In this document: in pieces, positions 1 through 10,103 of the stretch
Position numbering within the stretch: the stretch's first letter is position 1
Layout of the letters: the number at the start of each line of letters is the position of its first letter
Source of the DNA: Polyangiaceae bacterium
Lineage (GTDB): Bacteria; Myxococcota_A; Polyangia; Polyangiales; Polyangiaceae
NCBI GenBank assembly: GCA_044376115.1
Contig: JBILLK010000004.1
Location: 320,001-384,000 of the forward strand
DNA length: 64,000 nucleotides
Direction of reading: 5' to 3'
The notes under the pieces: generated by a model
Seen by the model: only the letters and a program-made list of their open reading frames with translations
The model's database searches: none
What the model was told of the DNA's origin: nothing
Program-made: the position numbers and the translations under genes

Positions 1-1
1 C

Positions 2-3000
2 GACGCCTACGAGTTCATCATCAACGACACGACGACTCAGGGGGTGCACCTTCCTCACCTCTACAACGCCGACGTGGCGCAGTTCTCGACGATTTTCGGC
101 GAAATCGGGCCGCAGAATGACAAATACTTCACGGCCTCAGCCGCCTGCCGCAACACCTCCGTCATTCTCGTCACCGACGGTGAGCCGTTCGAGGACCTCG
201 ACGAGAACATGTCGTACTACGCCGAGCTGCTCAAGGCGGAGAAAGTCGACACCTTCGTAATCGGTGTTGGCCTCGACTCGGCAACCTGGAATCCCCTTGG
301 GTCGGCTGATCAGGCTGACAACGTCAAAGTAGACTGTTCCACGCTGACCGCTGCCGATCTCGGGGCGGATAAGATGTGCGAACGGGACGTGGTCGGAGGC
401 CGCCGTTGGAAGTACGCCGACGTCGCTCCCTGGAAGGACTCTCCCAAGATCACGAAGGGCGGCATCCGTGCCTGCTGCAACCTCGTCGAAACAGCCGTTT
501 TGGGCGGGACTGGTCGCGCCTACTTCCCCAAGAACCAATCGGACCTCAAGCAAAAGCTCAACACGATTTTCGGTGCAATCTCCGGCGGAGCATCGAGCCG
601 CACGGTGCCCGTATTTGGCGGAGTCACCGCAAGCTTCGCCCAATCGGGTGGAACGACCAGCGCGCCTGCGGTGAGCTATGAATTCAGGTCGTCGATGGAT
701 GTGTCGGCAGACGACACGCTTTGGCGCGGGAACCTCGAGCGCATCCGCTACGCATGTGACGCCAATGACGCGCCCGTTTTGCAAGAGCTCGACGAAGATC
801 TCGGCGACGTTTTTGCACAAAACCTAAACGCCACCTCACTGCGCCGCCGCGAGTTCTTCACGGCTGTCGCCCGCTCTGCCGATGAGATGGAGGGCACGCT
901 CCGCTCGGTCGACGTGAACACGAAGGACAAGCTCTTCGGAGGAGGCAACCTCGGAGCCTTCGCGCGCATGGGCGGCGGGGACTTCACCGACAGCGACGTG
1001 CCGGCCCGCTTGGCTGATGCGCAAGCGAGCATCGACTCCGCTTATGCATCGGGCAGCAACAACCTTGCCGAGCTATTCGGCCTGTCGAGTTCCGACGACG
1101 TCACTTGCAAAGAGGAGCTCGGAGCAAGCACGTTGGGCGAATGCAGCAGCAGGTTGCTGAAGTGGTACGGCGGCGACACCGATCCGGATGGAGGCGGCGC
1201 CGTCACCACCGACCCAGCGCCTTCACGTGATCCCGACAGCGCGCAATGCGAAGGCGAATGCAGTCCACTCGGGGCCGTGTATCGGACGGTCCCAGTGTTC
1301 ATTCCTCCGCCCAGCGTGAGCGAGAACGACGACCAAAATTTCAGCAAGCGACGCACGGGCGCCACACCGTCCTTCTTTGAAGACTTCAAAGGCCGCCCGA
1401 CCATGCTCTATTCCCAGACCATCGATGGGCAGCTTCACGCCTTTGTGGTCGCAAAAAACGAGTTCACGAGCGGGGCTCGCTTCTTCGACGTACCCGAGGC
1501 GGACTCACTCGAGAACAACGAGCTTTGGAGCTTCGTTCCTCCTGCTGTGATGCCGCGCCTGTGGGACAATTTCAACTCGCATGCACGCTTGCTTGACGGC
1601 CAGCTCGCCTGGGGCAACGTCGTCTACGAACGCGAGCTTGGACTCGACGAGAGCGCCAACGCCGAAGCCGCCACCACCTGGAAGTACGAGACGGTTTTGG
1701 TTGGGTGTAGCGGTGTTTCGGTCGGCGGGAGCTTCTGTTACGCCTTGGAGGTTACTGACCCGACTGCACCGCGGTTCTTGTGGCAGCTGCGCAGCGCTGG
1801 CAATGAGAGCGGAAAGATCGGCTCGGCTCTGTTTGGTGACTACGTGCCGGGCGCAACCATCACGCACGTGCGCATCAAGGACGGCTTGAACGAAAGCGTG
1901 AAGGCGGTTGCCATCATCCCTGGTGGCAGCATGAAGACCGCACCTGCCGACGTCACCAACCGACGCAGCAAAGACGATCTAGCGGGCCTCTGGGCTAATT
2001 CGGCGACGCGCGATCCACGCGAGAAGATCCGCGACTGGGGCAAGGAGCTGCCGGCACGCAGCTTGACCTTTGTTGAACTATCGACCGGTCGAATCCTGGC
2101 GCGCATGGTTGGTGAAATGGGGGACAACCCGAGGTTCAGCAGCCAAAGCGAGTCGGAAACGTTGCTCGACGATGCAACGGTGGTTCCGCCCGAAAACACT
2201 AAATTCGACAGCCCGATGTCAGGGATTCCCGCCGTGTTTCCGAGCGGTGGTCGCGTGGCAGAACGGGTCTTCGTTGGAGATGCGGACGGCACGATGTGGC
2301 GGGTCGAGCTAATCGGTGGGGATCCCAAGAAGTGGGAAGCCCACATTGCCTTCGACGCTTACAACGTTGGCTCGACCGGGGAGGCCACCTTGATGGACGC
2401 GTGGGTCCCTGCTGGCGATGGCAAAGGTGCCGTGCTCGGCGAGATCATCTCCGATGAGGACAAGGCCGCAACCATTGGCCAGCCTATTCAAGCAGCTCCC
2501 CTGCTTTCCACCGATACCGCCGGCAACGTGGTGGTGACCTTCGCGACAGGGGATCAAGAGAGCTTCAACAGCTTGACTCCTGGCATGATCAATCTGCTCG
2601 TTACCTTCCGGGACACCTTCGACTCAAGCAAGGACGACGACGACGAGAAGGAAACCGGGTATCAGGCAATCGTAGACGCTGGCGCAGGCGTTGAGCTCGC
2701 GTGGCGAAACGGCGGTCGCGTCACAGGCCCGCTCAACCTCTTTGACGGCCAGCTCTACTTTGCCTACTTCACCCCTGCGGAGTCGCTGGCGTGCACCTAC
2801 GGGACCGGCGGAATTTGCGGCTTGGACTATCTCGCAAAGAACGGAGATCGGTCACCGGTGTCGCTCAATCCGGTCAACGGAAGCGCCGCTTGCAACGACT
2901 TCACAGAGGGTGAGGTTGTATTCGGCATCTCTGTCAATCTCGTACCCAGCTGCGAGATCACTGAAACCGATTTCAGCGACCCGTGGATGAGCGGCAACTA

Positions 3001-3175
3001 CAAGGCGATGACGCAGGCCAACGCCGGGCGCTACGAGTTGGTCTTTCAAACGGGGCAAGGAGGCGCCGATCCCTCCGGCAAAGAGAAGACCCGCCGTTCG
3101 AAGATTCAGCTGCCGCAGCCGAAGTCGCGAACCAGCGTCCGCAGCTTCGTCCGTGTAGCGGAGACTGAACTCTGA
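2..3175 (+). CDS. pilY1: PilY1/PilC-like type IV pilus tip adhesin (VWA + beta-propeller), 5'-truncated by window edge
   Basis: Frame is open from position 2 (DAYEFIINDTTTQGVHLPH, matching DAYEFIKFDTTTQGVHLPH in the 3795 paralogue). VWA-type ILVTDGEP; PilC-propeller motifs SQTIDGQLHAF, ELWSFVPP, VFVGDADGTMWRVEL. Confidence 0.8.
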   Translation, partial: DAYEFIINDTTTQGVHLPHLYNADVAQFSTIFGEIGPQNDKYFTASAACRNTSVILVTDGEPFEDLDENMSYYAELLKAEKVDTFVIGVGLDSATWNPLGSADQADNVKVDCSTLTAADLGADKMCERDVVGGRRWKYADVAPWKDSPKITKGGIRACCNLVETAVLGGTGRAYFPKNQSDLKQKLNTIFGAISGGASSRTVPVFGGVTASFAQSGGTTSAPAVSYEFRSSMDVSADDTLWRGNLERIRYACDANDAPVLQELDEDLGDVFAQNLNATSLRRREFFTAVARSADEMEGTLRSVDVNTKDKLFGGGNLGAFARMGGGDFTDSDVPARLADAQASIDSAYASGSNNLAELFGLSSSDDVTCKEELGASTLGECSSRLLKWYGGDTDPDGGGAVTTDPAPSRDPDSAQCEGECSPLGAVYRTVPVFIPPPSVSENDDQNFSKRRTGATPSFFEDFKGRPTMLYSQTIDGQLHAFVVAKNEFTSGARFFDVPEADSLENNELWSFVPPAVMPRLWDNFNSHARLLDGQLAWGNVVYERELGLDESANAEAATTWKYETVLVGCSGVSVGGSFCYALEVTDPTAPRFLWQLRSAGNESGKIGSALFGDYVPGATITHVRIKDGLNESVKAVAIIPGGSMKTAPADVTNRRSKDDLAGLWANSATRDPREKIRDWGKELPARSLTFVELSTGRILARMVGEMGDNPRFSSQSESETLLDDATVVPPENTKFDSPMSGIPAVFPSGGRVAERVFVGDADGTMWRVELIGGDPKKWEAHIAFDAYNVGSTGEATLMDAWVPAGDGKGAVLGEIISDEDKAATIGQPIQAAPLLSTDTAGNVVVTFATGDQESFNSLTPGMINLLVTFRDTFDSSKDDDDEKETGYQAIVDAGAGVELAWRNGGRVTGPLNLFDGQLYFAYFTPAESLACTYGTGGICGLDYLAKNGDRSPVSLNPVNGSAACNDFTEGEVVFGISVNLVPSCEITETDFSDPWMSGNYKAMTQANAGRYELVFQTGQGGADPSGKEKTRRSKIQLPQPKSRTSVRSFVRVAETEL

Positions 3176-3180
3176 CCACC

Positions 3181-3648
3181 GTGCGCTCAAAGCTCTTGAT
3201 TCTCCTGGTAGTGACGAGCTTTGGCGTGGTGGGGTGCTCGGAAGAGGTTCCCACCCTCCCCCGCCCGAGCTCGAACAGCGCACGCCCAACGATATCGGCT
3301 GACGCCCTGACTGAAGGACCAATCAAGGCGTTTGGGCTGGTGATGCCGTTAGGTGCTACGCCGAGACGCAAGACGCCAACGACCGAGAGCTTCGAGGTAC
3401 CCGCCGACACGACCAAGACGGTCGCCTTTCTGAACTCGCGGCTCAGCGTCGAGCAGGTTCTCACCGACGCGAGCAAGACGACCTTTGAAGGAGCCCGGCC
3501 CAAAGCCAGCCCGTCGCAAAGGGTGTCCGTCGTGGTCAAGCCGCTCAGCGTCAACACTGAGGTGATCGTACGGTTGCAGCCCGAGCGCGCACCCACACCG
3601 CCCGATGAGGGCGCTGCCCCAGAGCCCGAGCCGCCTGAGAGCGATTGA
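3181..3648 (+). CDS. Small lipoprotein, paralogue of 7988..8563
   Basis: Signal peptide with lipobox VVGC; EGPIKAFGL and VVVKP..TEV.VR motifs shared with the second copy; Pro-rich tail. Confidence 0.75.
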   Translation: MRSKLLILLVVTSFGVVGCSEEVPTLPRPSSNSARPTISADALTEGPIKAFGLVMPLGATPRRKTPTTESFEVPADTTKTVAFLNSRLSVEQVLTDASKTTFEGARPKASPSQRVSVVVKPLSVNTEVIVRLQPERAPTPPDEGAAPEPEPPESD

Positions 3649-3746
3649 CCCAGACGGCTCGCAAAAGTTGCGGAGGCGGCCGCAAACAATTTGCCCAGTT
3701 CGATTGATGGTCCTGCGTTTCGGGCGAAATAGCGTCAATCCACCGA

Positions 3747-3762
3747 CGGTACGGTTCCTGCT
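3747..3762 (+). promoter_or_regulatory. Putative sigma54 -24/-12 promoter of second pilY1
   Basis: cGG-tacggttcct-GCt (GG 3748-3749, GC 3760-3761, exactly 10 nt apart), about 35 nt upstream of ATG 3795; CGCA-N5-TGCG inverted repeat at 3660-3672. Confidence 0.5.
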
Positions 3763-3794
3763 TAGCTCCTCGCGCGCAACCTGCGTCTTGGAGC

Positions 3795-6700
3795 ATGACT
3801 ATGAAGAGCGGCACCCCGTCTGGATCCCACCGTCGACTGCACGTCTCGTTCGCAACGGCTTTGCTGATGGTGCTCGGCGTGTCCCAACGTGCCGATGCGC
3901 AGAACTCGGGGGCGTCCGACATCAAGATCAAGAAGCCGAATGCGCTGCTGCTGCTCGATACGTCGGGCTCGATGCGTTGGGCGCTCGACGGCACCCAGAG
4001 CTATTCCTTGGCCGCGAATGGCAAGAAGGCTCGCTGGACGGTGCTTGCCGAGACCCTGACGGGCACGGTCAACAACCTTCAGGTCAATTCCGCCGGGTCA
4101 ATTCTCGCATCGGGCGACCCCGCAGAATCGAGCCCGAAGTTCTGCGAGCCGGTGCCAAACCGCGACAAGAAGATCCTCAAAGCGCTCTTTGCGTTTGGAG
4201 AGTCGGGGGGTGCGTCAGGTGCATCGGTGGGGCCGTTCACGTGGCCCGTCGCCAAAGGCAACCCGAAGGACAAGGACGCGATCGCATTCTGTGAGATCAA
4301 CAGCGCCGACTGCAGCAGCACGACCAACTGGACTTCGGCGGATCTCTGCAGGCAGGCCGCTCCGGGAGACGCGGTCGCCAAAGGAGAGTTTAGCCAACAA
4401 GGAGACGGCTTGATTGATCTGTTCCAGGACAAGATCCGCTTCGGAATGGCTTCGTTCGACCCATTAGCGACCGTGTTCTCCTTCGTCGACAATACACCCG
4501 CGAATTGTCAGCTCGGTATTGATGGTTCGGCTTGTTTCTGGACCGGTTCCGAGCAGTTTAGCTACTGGAACAACGGCTCGGGCGAGACCTGGTTGACGGG
4601 CAGCCACACGAGCTACAACGGGGACAGCTTTTGGGCGGGCTACACCACGTCATACGTTGACATTGGTATACGCAATCCGCGCGCCCAACCCTGGGAAGGC
4701 CGGCTGATTGGCTTCGGAGCTGCGGATTGGAACCTCACCCAGAGCGGGCTTTCCGGGTACATCGACTGCACCAACGATGATGAGTGCACTGTCCGGCATA
4801 ACGACATGGTTCAGCAAGGAATCCTCGGGCTGCACAAAGAGCTCACGGCTAGCACGCCACTGGCCGCCATGATGCGAGACGCCTACGAGTTCATCAAGTT
4901 CGACACAACCACGCAAGGCGTGCATCTTCCACACGAGTACGACGCCGATATCAGTGCCTACCCAACGCTCTACGGAACGGTCGGGCCCAAGACGGATCCG
5001 TACTACACCGATTCTGTTGCTCCCTGTCGAACCACGAGCGTGATTCTTGTCACCGACGGTGAGCCGTCACGCGACCTTGACCGACGAATGTCCTACTTCG
5101 CTGGGAAGTTGCTGGACGATGAAGGTGTCAATACCTTCGTCGTTGGCGTGGGCCTGGCGACTGCTACCTGGAACCCGGGCGGCGGAGCAGTGACCGTTGC
5201 CTGCGACAGCCTCCGTGAAGCCGATCTTGGGGCGGGAAAGATCTGTGAGCCCGCCACTGGCACCGGCTGGAGGTACGCCGACGTCACGCCCAACGGCATC
5301 AGCAACTCCCAGAAGAGCAGCATCCGTGCATGCTGCAACTTGCTCGAAACAGCTGTCGAAGGCGGCACTGAGCGGGCCTACTTTCCTGCGAATCAGAGTG
5401 AGCTGAAGCAGAAGATGAGCCAAATCTTCGGTTCGATCGCGGGTGGTGCGGTGAGTCGCACAGTTCCGGTGTTTGGTGCGGTCAGCGCCTCCTTCACCCA
5501 AACCGGTGGGTCGACCAACGCGCCTGCGGTCTCGTATGAACTACGCTCGTCGATGGAGGTGTCGAACAGCTCGATGTGGACGGGCAACCTCGAACGGCTG
5601 CGCTATGCCTGCGTTGGTAACGCGCCGACGATCCAAGGTTTCGACGACGCGAAAGGTGATGACTTCGGCAGCAACCTGACCGCGACGACGATGCGGGCGC
5701 GCAAGTTCTTCACCGTTGGAACAGAGAAGGCCGTGCAGATGACCGGCACGATCCGAACCCCGGCGGTCAACGCGGACGACAAGCTGTTTGATGGTGGGCA
5801 AGAGGGTGGCTTTCGCAGCTTCGGCGCCTCCGACACGCCGGTTACCTTTGCAAACCTCGCAAGCGAGATCAACGGGCTTTACAGCACCGGCGCCAACGAC
5901 GCGCACGACCTCCTCGGACTAAAAAACTCCGACAGCGCGGACTGCCTGAGCGAGGTAGGCGCCACCACGCTAGGAGCGTGTGGCGACAGTATCCTCAAGT
6001 GGTACGCCGGCGATCCCAACCCGGATGGGGGTTCCATCGTATCGACGGATCCCTCACCTTCGCGAGATCCGAAGAGTGCTCAGTGTGAAGGAGGTTGCAG
6101 CCCCTTTGGAGCTGTCTACCGCACGGTTCCGGTCATCGTTCCGCCGCCCAGCACGACCGACAGCGACGATCAGAACTTCGGACGCGATCGAACCAACGGG
6201 TCGAACTCCTTCGTTGAGCAGCAAAAGGGGCGGCCGACGATGGTCTACTCCCAAACGGTGGATGGGCAGCTCCACGCCTTCGTCCTGGCCAAGAACGACT
6301 TCACGCCGGCCTCCTACTACAACGTTGGTGTGCCGAATTCGGATGCGCTCGAGAACAATGAGCTTTGGTCGTTCATCCCGCCGGCGGTGGTGCCCGAGCT
6401 TTGGGGCAACTTCAACTCCGCTGGGCGTTTGCTCGATGGGCAGTTGGCTTGGGGCAACGTGGTCTTCGATCGCGCTCTCGGCTTCGACGGAAGTGACAAC
6501 GCCGACGCCATCACGACCTGGCCGTACAACACGGTGCTCGTCGGCTGCAGCGGTGCCGCCGATGGGTTGGCGAGTTCGTTCTGCTATGCACTCGACGTTA
6601 CCGATCCGAAGGAGCCGGAGTTCTTGTGGCAGCTGTCAACGGCTGGCGACAACAACGGTGATCCGGATGGTGCGCTCTTTGGCGACCATGTGCCTGGCGC

Positions 6701-7991
6701 GGTGATCACTCACATCCGCTATCAAGAGGGTTTGACTTCTCGAGTTGTTGCGGTTGCGGTCATCCCTGGTGGGACGGATAAGTCTTCACCAGGTGGCCCC
6801 AGGAACCGCGAGCTCGACCCGGACGAGTACTGGGATGACGCCAACCGGGAGCCCCGCAAGAAGGTTCGTAATTGGGGCAGCAACAATCCCGCCCGGAGCC
6901 TCACCTTCGTGGAACTCAAAACCGGCCGGATCTTGGCACGCTTGGTTGGAGACAGGAATGACAGCCCGAACCAGATCGATAACGAGGTTCCGGGAGACCC
7001 TACCAAGACCGCATTCGACAGTCCGCTCACAGGTATCCCGAGCGTCTTCCCGGGAGGTGGCCGCGTGGCTGAACGCCTCTACGTTGGGGACGCGGACGGA
7101 ACCATGTGGCGCGTCGAGCTGACTTCAGCCGATCCGAACGAATGGGAAGCCCACATCGCCTTCGACGCCTACAACAACAATGGGTCCGAGTCGACGCTCA
7201 AGAATGCTTGGCTCCAGACCACCAAGACCGAGCTGAACCTGAACCCCAACGACAACGACGCAGCAGAGATGGGTCAGCCAATTCAAACGGCGCCGCTCTT
7301 GTCGACGGATGAGGAGGGCAACGTTGTCGTTACCTTCGCTACTGGCAACCAAGAGAGCTTCAACAACGTCAGTTCTGGAGCGGTAAACATGCTGGTGAGC
7401 TTCACTGACACGTTTACAAACTCCAAGACGGGCGACCCCGAAGAGACCACTGGCTTCCAAGCTCGAGTCGACGGCAGTGGGGCCAATGCCAAGGGGGTGG
7501 AAATGGCTTGGGTCGACGGTGGCGGAGTCACCGGACCGATCAATCTCTTCGATGGCCAGCTGTACTTTGCCTACTTCAATCCTTCGGCGGCCAACACCTG
7601 CACCCTCGGCACCGGCGGGATCTGCGGTGTCGACTACGTCAAGCGGCTGAGCAGCGGGGACCCGACGCCCTCCGGCACCGCGGATTCCACCGACCCAACG
7701 GAAGCCTGTGGAGACTTCGACAACGGCGAGGTTGTGTTCGGAATCTCGCTCAACTTGGTGCCGAGCTGTGCGGTAACAACGTCCTCCTTCAGCGATCCGT
7801 GGATGAACGGCAACTACAACGCTATGACCACGGCAAACGGTGGGCGCTATGAACTCGTGTTCCACACGGGCCAGAACGGTGGAACGCCAGCCGGTGGTGG
7901 CAAGACCAAGCGCACGAAGGTTGAACTCCCGCAACCCAAGGCTCGCACGACGGTTCGCAGCTTTGTGCGTGTTGCCGAGACCGACCAGTGA
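3795..7991 (+). CDS. pilY1: PilY1/PilC-like type IV pilus tip adhesin (signal peptide, VWA with MIDAS, beta-propeller)
   Basis: 1398 aa; signal peptide ending ADA; MIDAS LLLLDTSGSM, TPLAA, ILVTDGEP; propeller motifs SQTVDGQLHAF, ELWSFIPP, YALDVTDP, LYVGDADGTMWRV. Confidence 0.82.
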   Translation: MTMKSGTPSGSHRRLHVSFATALLMVLGVSQRADAQNSGASDIKIKKPNALLLLDTSGSMRWALDGTQSYSLAANGKKARWTVLAETLTGTVNNLQVNSAGSILASGDPAESSPKFCEPVPNRDKKILKALFAFGESGGASGASVGPFTWPVAKGNPKDKDAIAFCEINSADCSSTTNWTSADLCRQAAPGDAVAKGEFSQQGDGLIDLFQDKIRFGMASFDPLATVFSFVDNTPANCQLGIDGSACFWTGSEQFSYWNNGSGETWLTGSHTSYNGDSFWAGYTTSYVDIGIRNPRAQPWEGRLIGFGAADWNLTQSGLSGYIDCTNDDECTVRHNDMVQQGILGLHKELTASTPLAAMMRDAYEFIKFDTTTQGVHLPHEYDADISAYPTLYGTVGPKTDPYYTDSVAPCRTTSVILVTDGEPSRDLDRRMSYFAGKLLDDEGVNTFVVGVGLATATWNPGGGAVTVACDSLREADLGAGKICEPATGTGWRYADVTPNGISNSQKSSIRACCNLLETAVEGGTERAYFPANQSELKQKMSQIFGSIAGGAVSRTVPVFGAVSASFTQTGGSTNAPAVSYELRSSMEVSNSSMWTGNLERLRYACVGNAPTIQGFDDAKGDDFGSNLTATTMRARKFFTVGTEKAVQMTGTIRTPAVNADDKLFDGGQEGGFRSFGASDTPVTFANLASEINGLYSTGANDAHDLLGLKNSDSADCLSEVGATTLGACGDSILKWYAGDPNPDGGSIVSTDPSPSRDPKSAQCEGGCSPFGAVYRTVPVIVPPPSTTDSDDQNFGRDRTNGSNSFVEQQKGRPTMVYSQTVDGQLHAFVLAKNDFTPASYYNVGVPNSDALENNELWSFIPPAVVPELWGNFNSAGRLLDGQLAWGNVVFDRALGFDGSDNADAITTWPYNTVLVGCSGAADGLASSFCYALDVTDPKEPEFLWQLSTAGDNNGDPDGALFGDHVPGAVITHIRYQEGLTSRVVAVAVIPGGTDKSSPGGPRNRELDPDEYWDDANREPRKKVRNWGSNNPARSLTFVELKTGRILARLVGDRNDSPNQIDNEVPGDPTKTAFDSPLTGIPSVFPGGGRVAERLYVGDADGTMWRVELTSADPNEWEAHIAFDAYNNNGSESTLKNAWLQTTKTELNLNPNDNDAAEMGQPIQTAPLLSTDEEGNVVVTFATGNQESFNNVSSGAVNMLVSFTDTFTNSKTGDPEETTGFQARVDGSGANAKGVEMAWVDGGGVTGPINLFDGQLYFAYFNPSAANTCTLGTGGICGVDYVKRLSSGDPTPSGTADSTDPTEACGDFDNGEVVFGISLNLVPSCAVTTSSFSDPWMNGNYNAMTTANGGRYELVFHTGQNGGTPAGGGKTKRTKVELPQPKARTTVRSFVRVAETDQ

Positions 7992-8563
7992 TTGCTGCCG
8001 CGCGAGGTCTGCTCATCGGGCAGCTAATTGTGACCGCCTTCGGGGTGAGCCTGCTGGCTTGCTCCGAATCGGTTCCACAGCTTGCACCCGCCAGCGCACC
8101 AGGAAGTGTCGGGGTTCAGCTTAACGCAGACGGGCTCGAGGAGGGCCCTCTCGATGCGTTTGGACTCAAACTGCCAGCGCGCTCCACGGTGAAGCGAAGC
8201 ACTCCTTCCACGGTGGTGGTAGAGGTACCGGCCAATTCAAAACGCACCCTCGAGTACCTCAAGGCGCGGTTGACTTCCCCAGGTGGGGAGTCTGACGCCA
8301 AAAAGACGGTGTTTGAGCAAGCTGAGTTTACAGCTGCACCCGGCAAAAAGTTCCGAGTGGTGGTGAAGCCGACGAGCATGACCACCGAGGTGACTGTTCG
8401 ACGGGAGCCCGAGCCACAACCTGCGGCGACCGCGGTATCCATCGACGAAGCTTCGAAAGACCCAAGGCTTTCTCCCGACGTAATTGCCAGTGTCAAGGCT
8501 GCCGATCCGAAGGCGATGGTTCTGCCCAGCCACCTAGACGAGACCAGTCGCCTCGGCGACTGA
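7988..8563 (+). CDS. Small lipoprotein, paralogue of 3181..3648
   Basis: GTGA overlap with the pilY1 stop; lipobox LLAC; EGPLDAFGL and VVVKPTSMTTEVTVR. Confidence 0.75.
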   Translation: MIAAARGLLIGQLIVTAFGVSLLACSESVPQLAPASAPGSVGVQLNADGLEEGPLDAFGLKLPARSTVKRSTPSTVVVEVPANSKRTLEYLKARLTSPGGESDAKKTVFEQAEFTAAPGKKFRVVVKPTSMTTEVTVRREPEPQPAATAVSIDEASKDPRLSPDVIASVKAADPKAMVLPSHLDETSRLGD

Positions 8564-8605
8564 ATCGGCGCGACATCCAATCGCCGCGCTGATAGAAGTT
8601 GGCGC

Positions 8606-9706
8606 GTGTCAGATTCAGCTCTGCTTCGAACACCGCTCTACAACGCACACGTTCAAGCCAAGGCGAGGCTCGTGCCCTTCGCCGGCTACGAGATGCCGGT
8701 CCAGTACAAGGGCCTCGTTGAAGAGCACAAGATGGTCCGCTCTGCGGCGGGACTGTTCGATGTTTCGCACATGGGGGAGTTGTTTCTCTCAGGAGCGGGC
8801 ACGCTCGGGGTCGTCAATCGACTCATCACCGGGGACGCAGCGAAGCTCGTGGATGGGCAGGCGCTCTACACCTGCGCCTGCAACGAAAAAGGCACCATCC
8901 TCGACGATCTGATCGTCTACCGCCGCGGCCCTGACTCCTTCTTGATCGTCTGCAACGCCTCCAACCGCGCGAAGATCGCGGCGCATGTGGCCGAGCTCGC
9001 GAGCGGGGTCTGTGACTTCGCTGATCGCTCGGACGAATTCGCGCTGATCGCCTTCCAAGGGCCGAAGGCGGTTGGGCTCGCGGCAAAGCTGGGAGATGCG
9101 GCGCTCGAATCGTTGGGCTCGTTTCACTTCAAGGAGACGACCATCGGTGGCGTCGCTTGCACCGCTGCACGCACTGGCTACACCGGGGAAGACGGCCTCG
9201 AGATCTTCTGCGCCAACGACAAGGCCGAGCAGCTCTGGAACGCCTTGCTGGAGGTCGGCAAGGACATTGGCGTTGGCCCCGCCGGGCTCGGAGCTCGGGA
9301 CACGCTGCGGCTCGAGGCTCGCCTTTCGCTTTACGGCAACGACATCGACGAGACGACCAATCCGCTCGAGGCTGGCCTGGGTTGGATCGTCAAGCTCGAT
9401 AAGGCCGACTTCATCGGCAAGGACGCCTTGGTGGCGGTCAAGGCAGCGGGGCTACCTCGCAAGTTGGTTGGCTTTGAGGTCACGGGCCGCGGTATTGCAC
9501 GAGGCGGGTATCCCCTGCTCGACAAGGCTGGCACCGTCGTTGGGTCGTGCACGAGTGGCAGCCCCGGACCGACCGTCGGGAAGAACATCGGCCTCGGCTA
9601 CTTGCCCGCGGCGATGACCGCGATTGGAACTGAGTTTGTTGTCGACTGTCGGGGGCGCCACGCCGACGCAGTCGTTGTGAAGACCCCTTTCTACAAGCGA
9701 GGCTAA
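8606..9706 (+). CDS. gcvT: Glycine cleavage system T protein (aminomethyltransferase)
   Basis: RTPLY, FAGYEMPVQY, GLFDVSHMGE, ARTGYTGEDGLE, GLGARDTLRLEA, LYGNDI, KTPFY. Confidence 0.97.
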   Translation: MSDSALLRTPLYNAHVQAKARLVPFAGYEMPVQYKGLVEEHKMVRSAAGLFDVSHMGELFLSGAGTLGVVNRLITGDAAKLVDGQALYTCACNEKGTILDDLIVYRRGPDSFLIVCNASNRAKIAAHVAELASGVCDFADRSDEFALIAFQGPKAVGLAAKLGDAALESLGSFHFKETTIGGVACTAARTGYTGEDGLEIFCANDKAEQLWNALLEVGKDIGVGPAGLGARDTLRLEARLSLYGNDIDETTNPLEAGLGWIVKLDKADFIGKDALVAVKAAGLPRKLVGFEVTGRGIARGGYPLLDKAGTVVGSCTSGSPGPTVGKNIGLGYLPAAMTAIGTEFVVDCRGRHADAVVVKTPFYKRG

Positions 9707-9713
9707 CGAAGTC

Positions 9714-10100
9714 ATGGCCAACGTCCCGTCAGATCGCAAGTTCACCAAAGACCACGAATGGGCCCAGGCCGCCGCCGGCGCCGTCAAAGTTGGAATCACC
9801 GGCTACGCTGTCGAGCAGTTGGGTGACATCACCCTGCTCAACCTCGACGTGAAGGCGGGCGACTCGGTAGAGGCCGGCAAGGCCTTCGGTACGATTGAGA
9901 GCGTCAAGACGCTGAGCGATCTTTACGCGCCGGTCACCGGCGTCGTGCGTGCGATCAACACGGCGCTCGAGACCAAGCCGGAGCTCGTGAACGAGGACTG
10001 CTACACCGCGTGGATGGTCGAGATCGAGACCAGCTCGGACTTGGCAGACCTACTCACGCCCGAGGCCTACGGCGACTTGGTCGCCAAGCTCGATCACTGA
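9714..10100 (+). CDS. gcvH: Glycine cleavage system H protein
   Basis: KDHEW, GITGYAVEQLGDI, lipoyl-Lys motif IESVK, PELVNED. Confidence 0.96.
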   Translation: MANVPSDRKFTKDHEWAQAAAGAVKVGITGYAVEQLGDITLLNLDVKAGDSVEAGKAFGTIESVKTLSDLYAPVTGVVRAINTALETKPELVNEDCYTAWMVEIETSSDLADLLTPEAYGDLVAKLDH

Positions 10101-10103
10101 GTC

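Noticed and set aside
8564..8605. Glycine riboswitch upstream of gcvT
   Set aside because: 42-bp gap is too short and shows no aptamer motifs.
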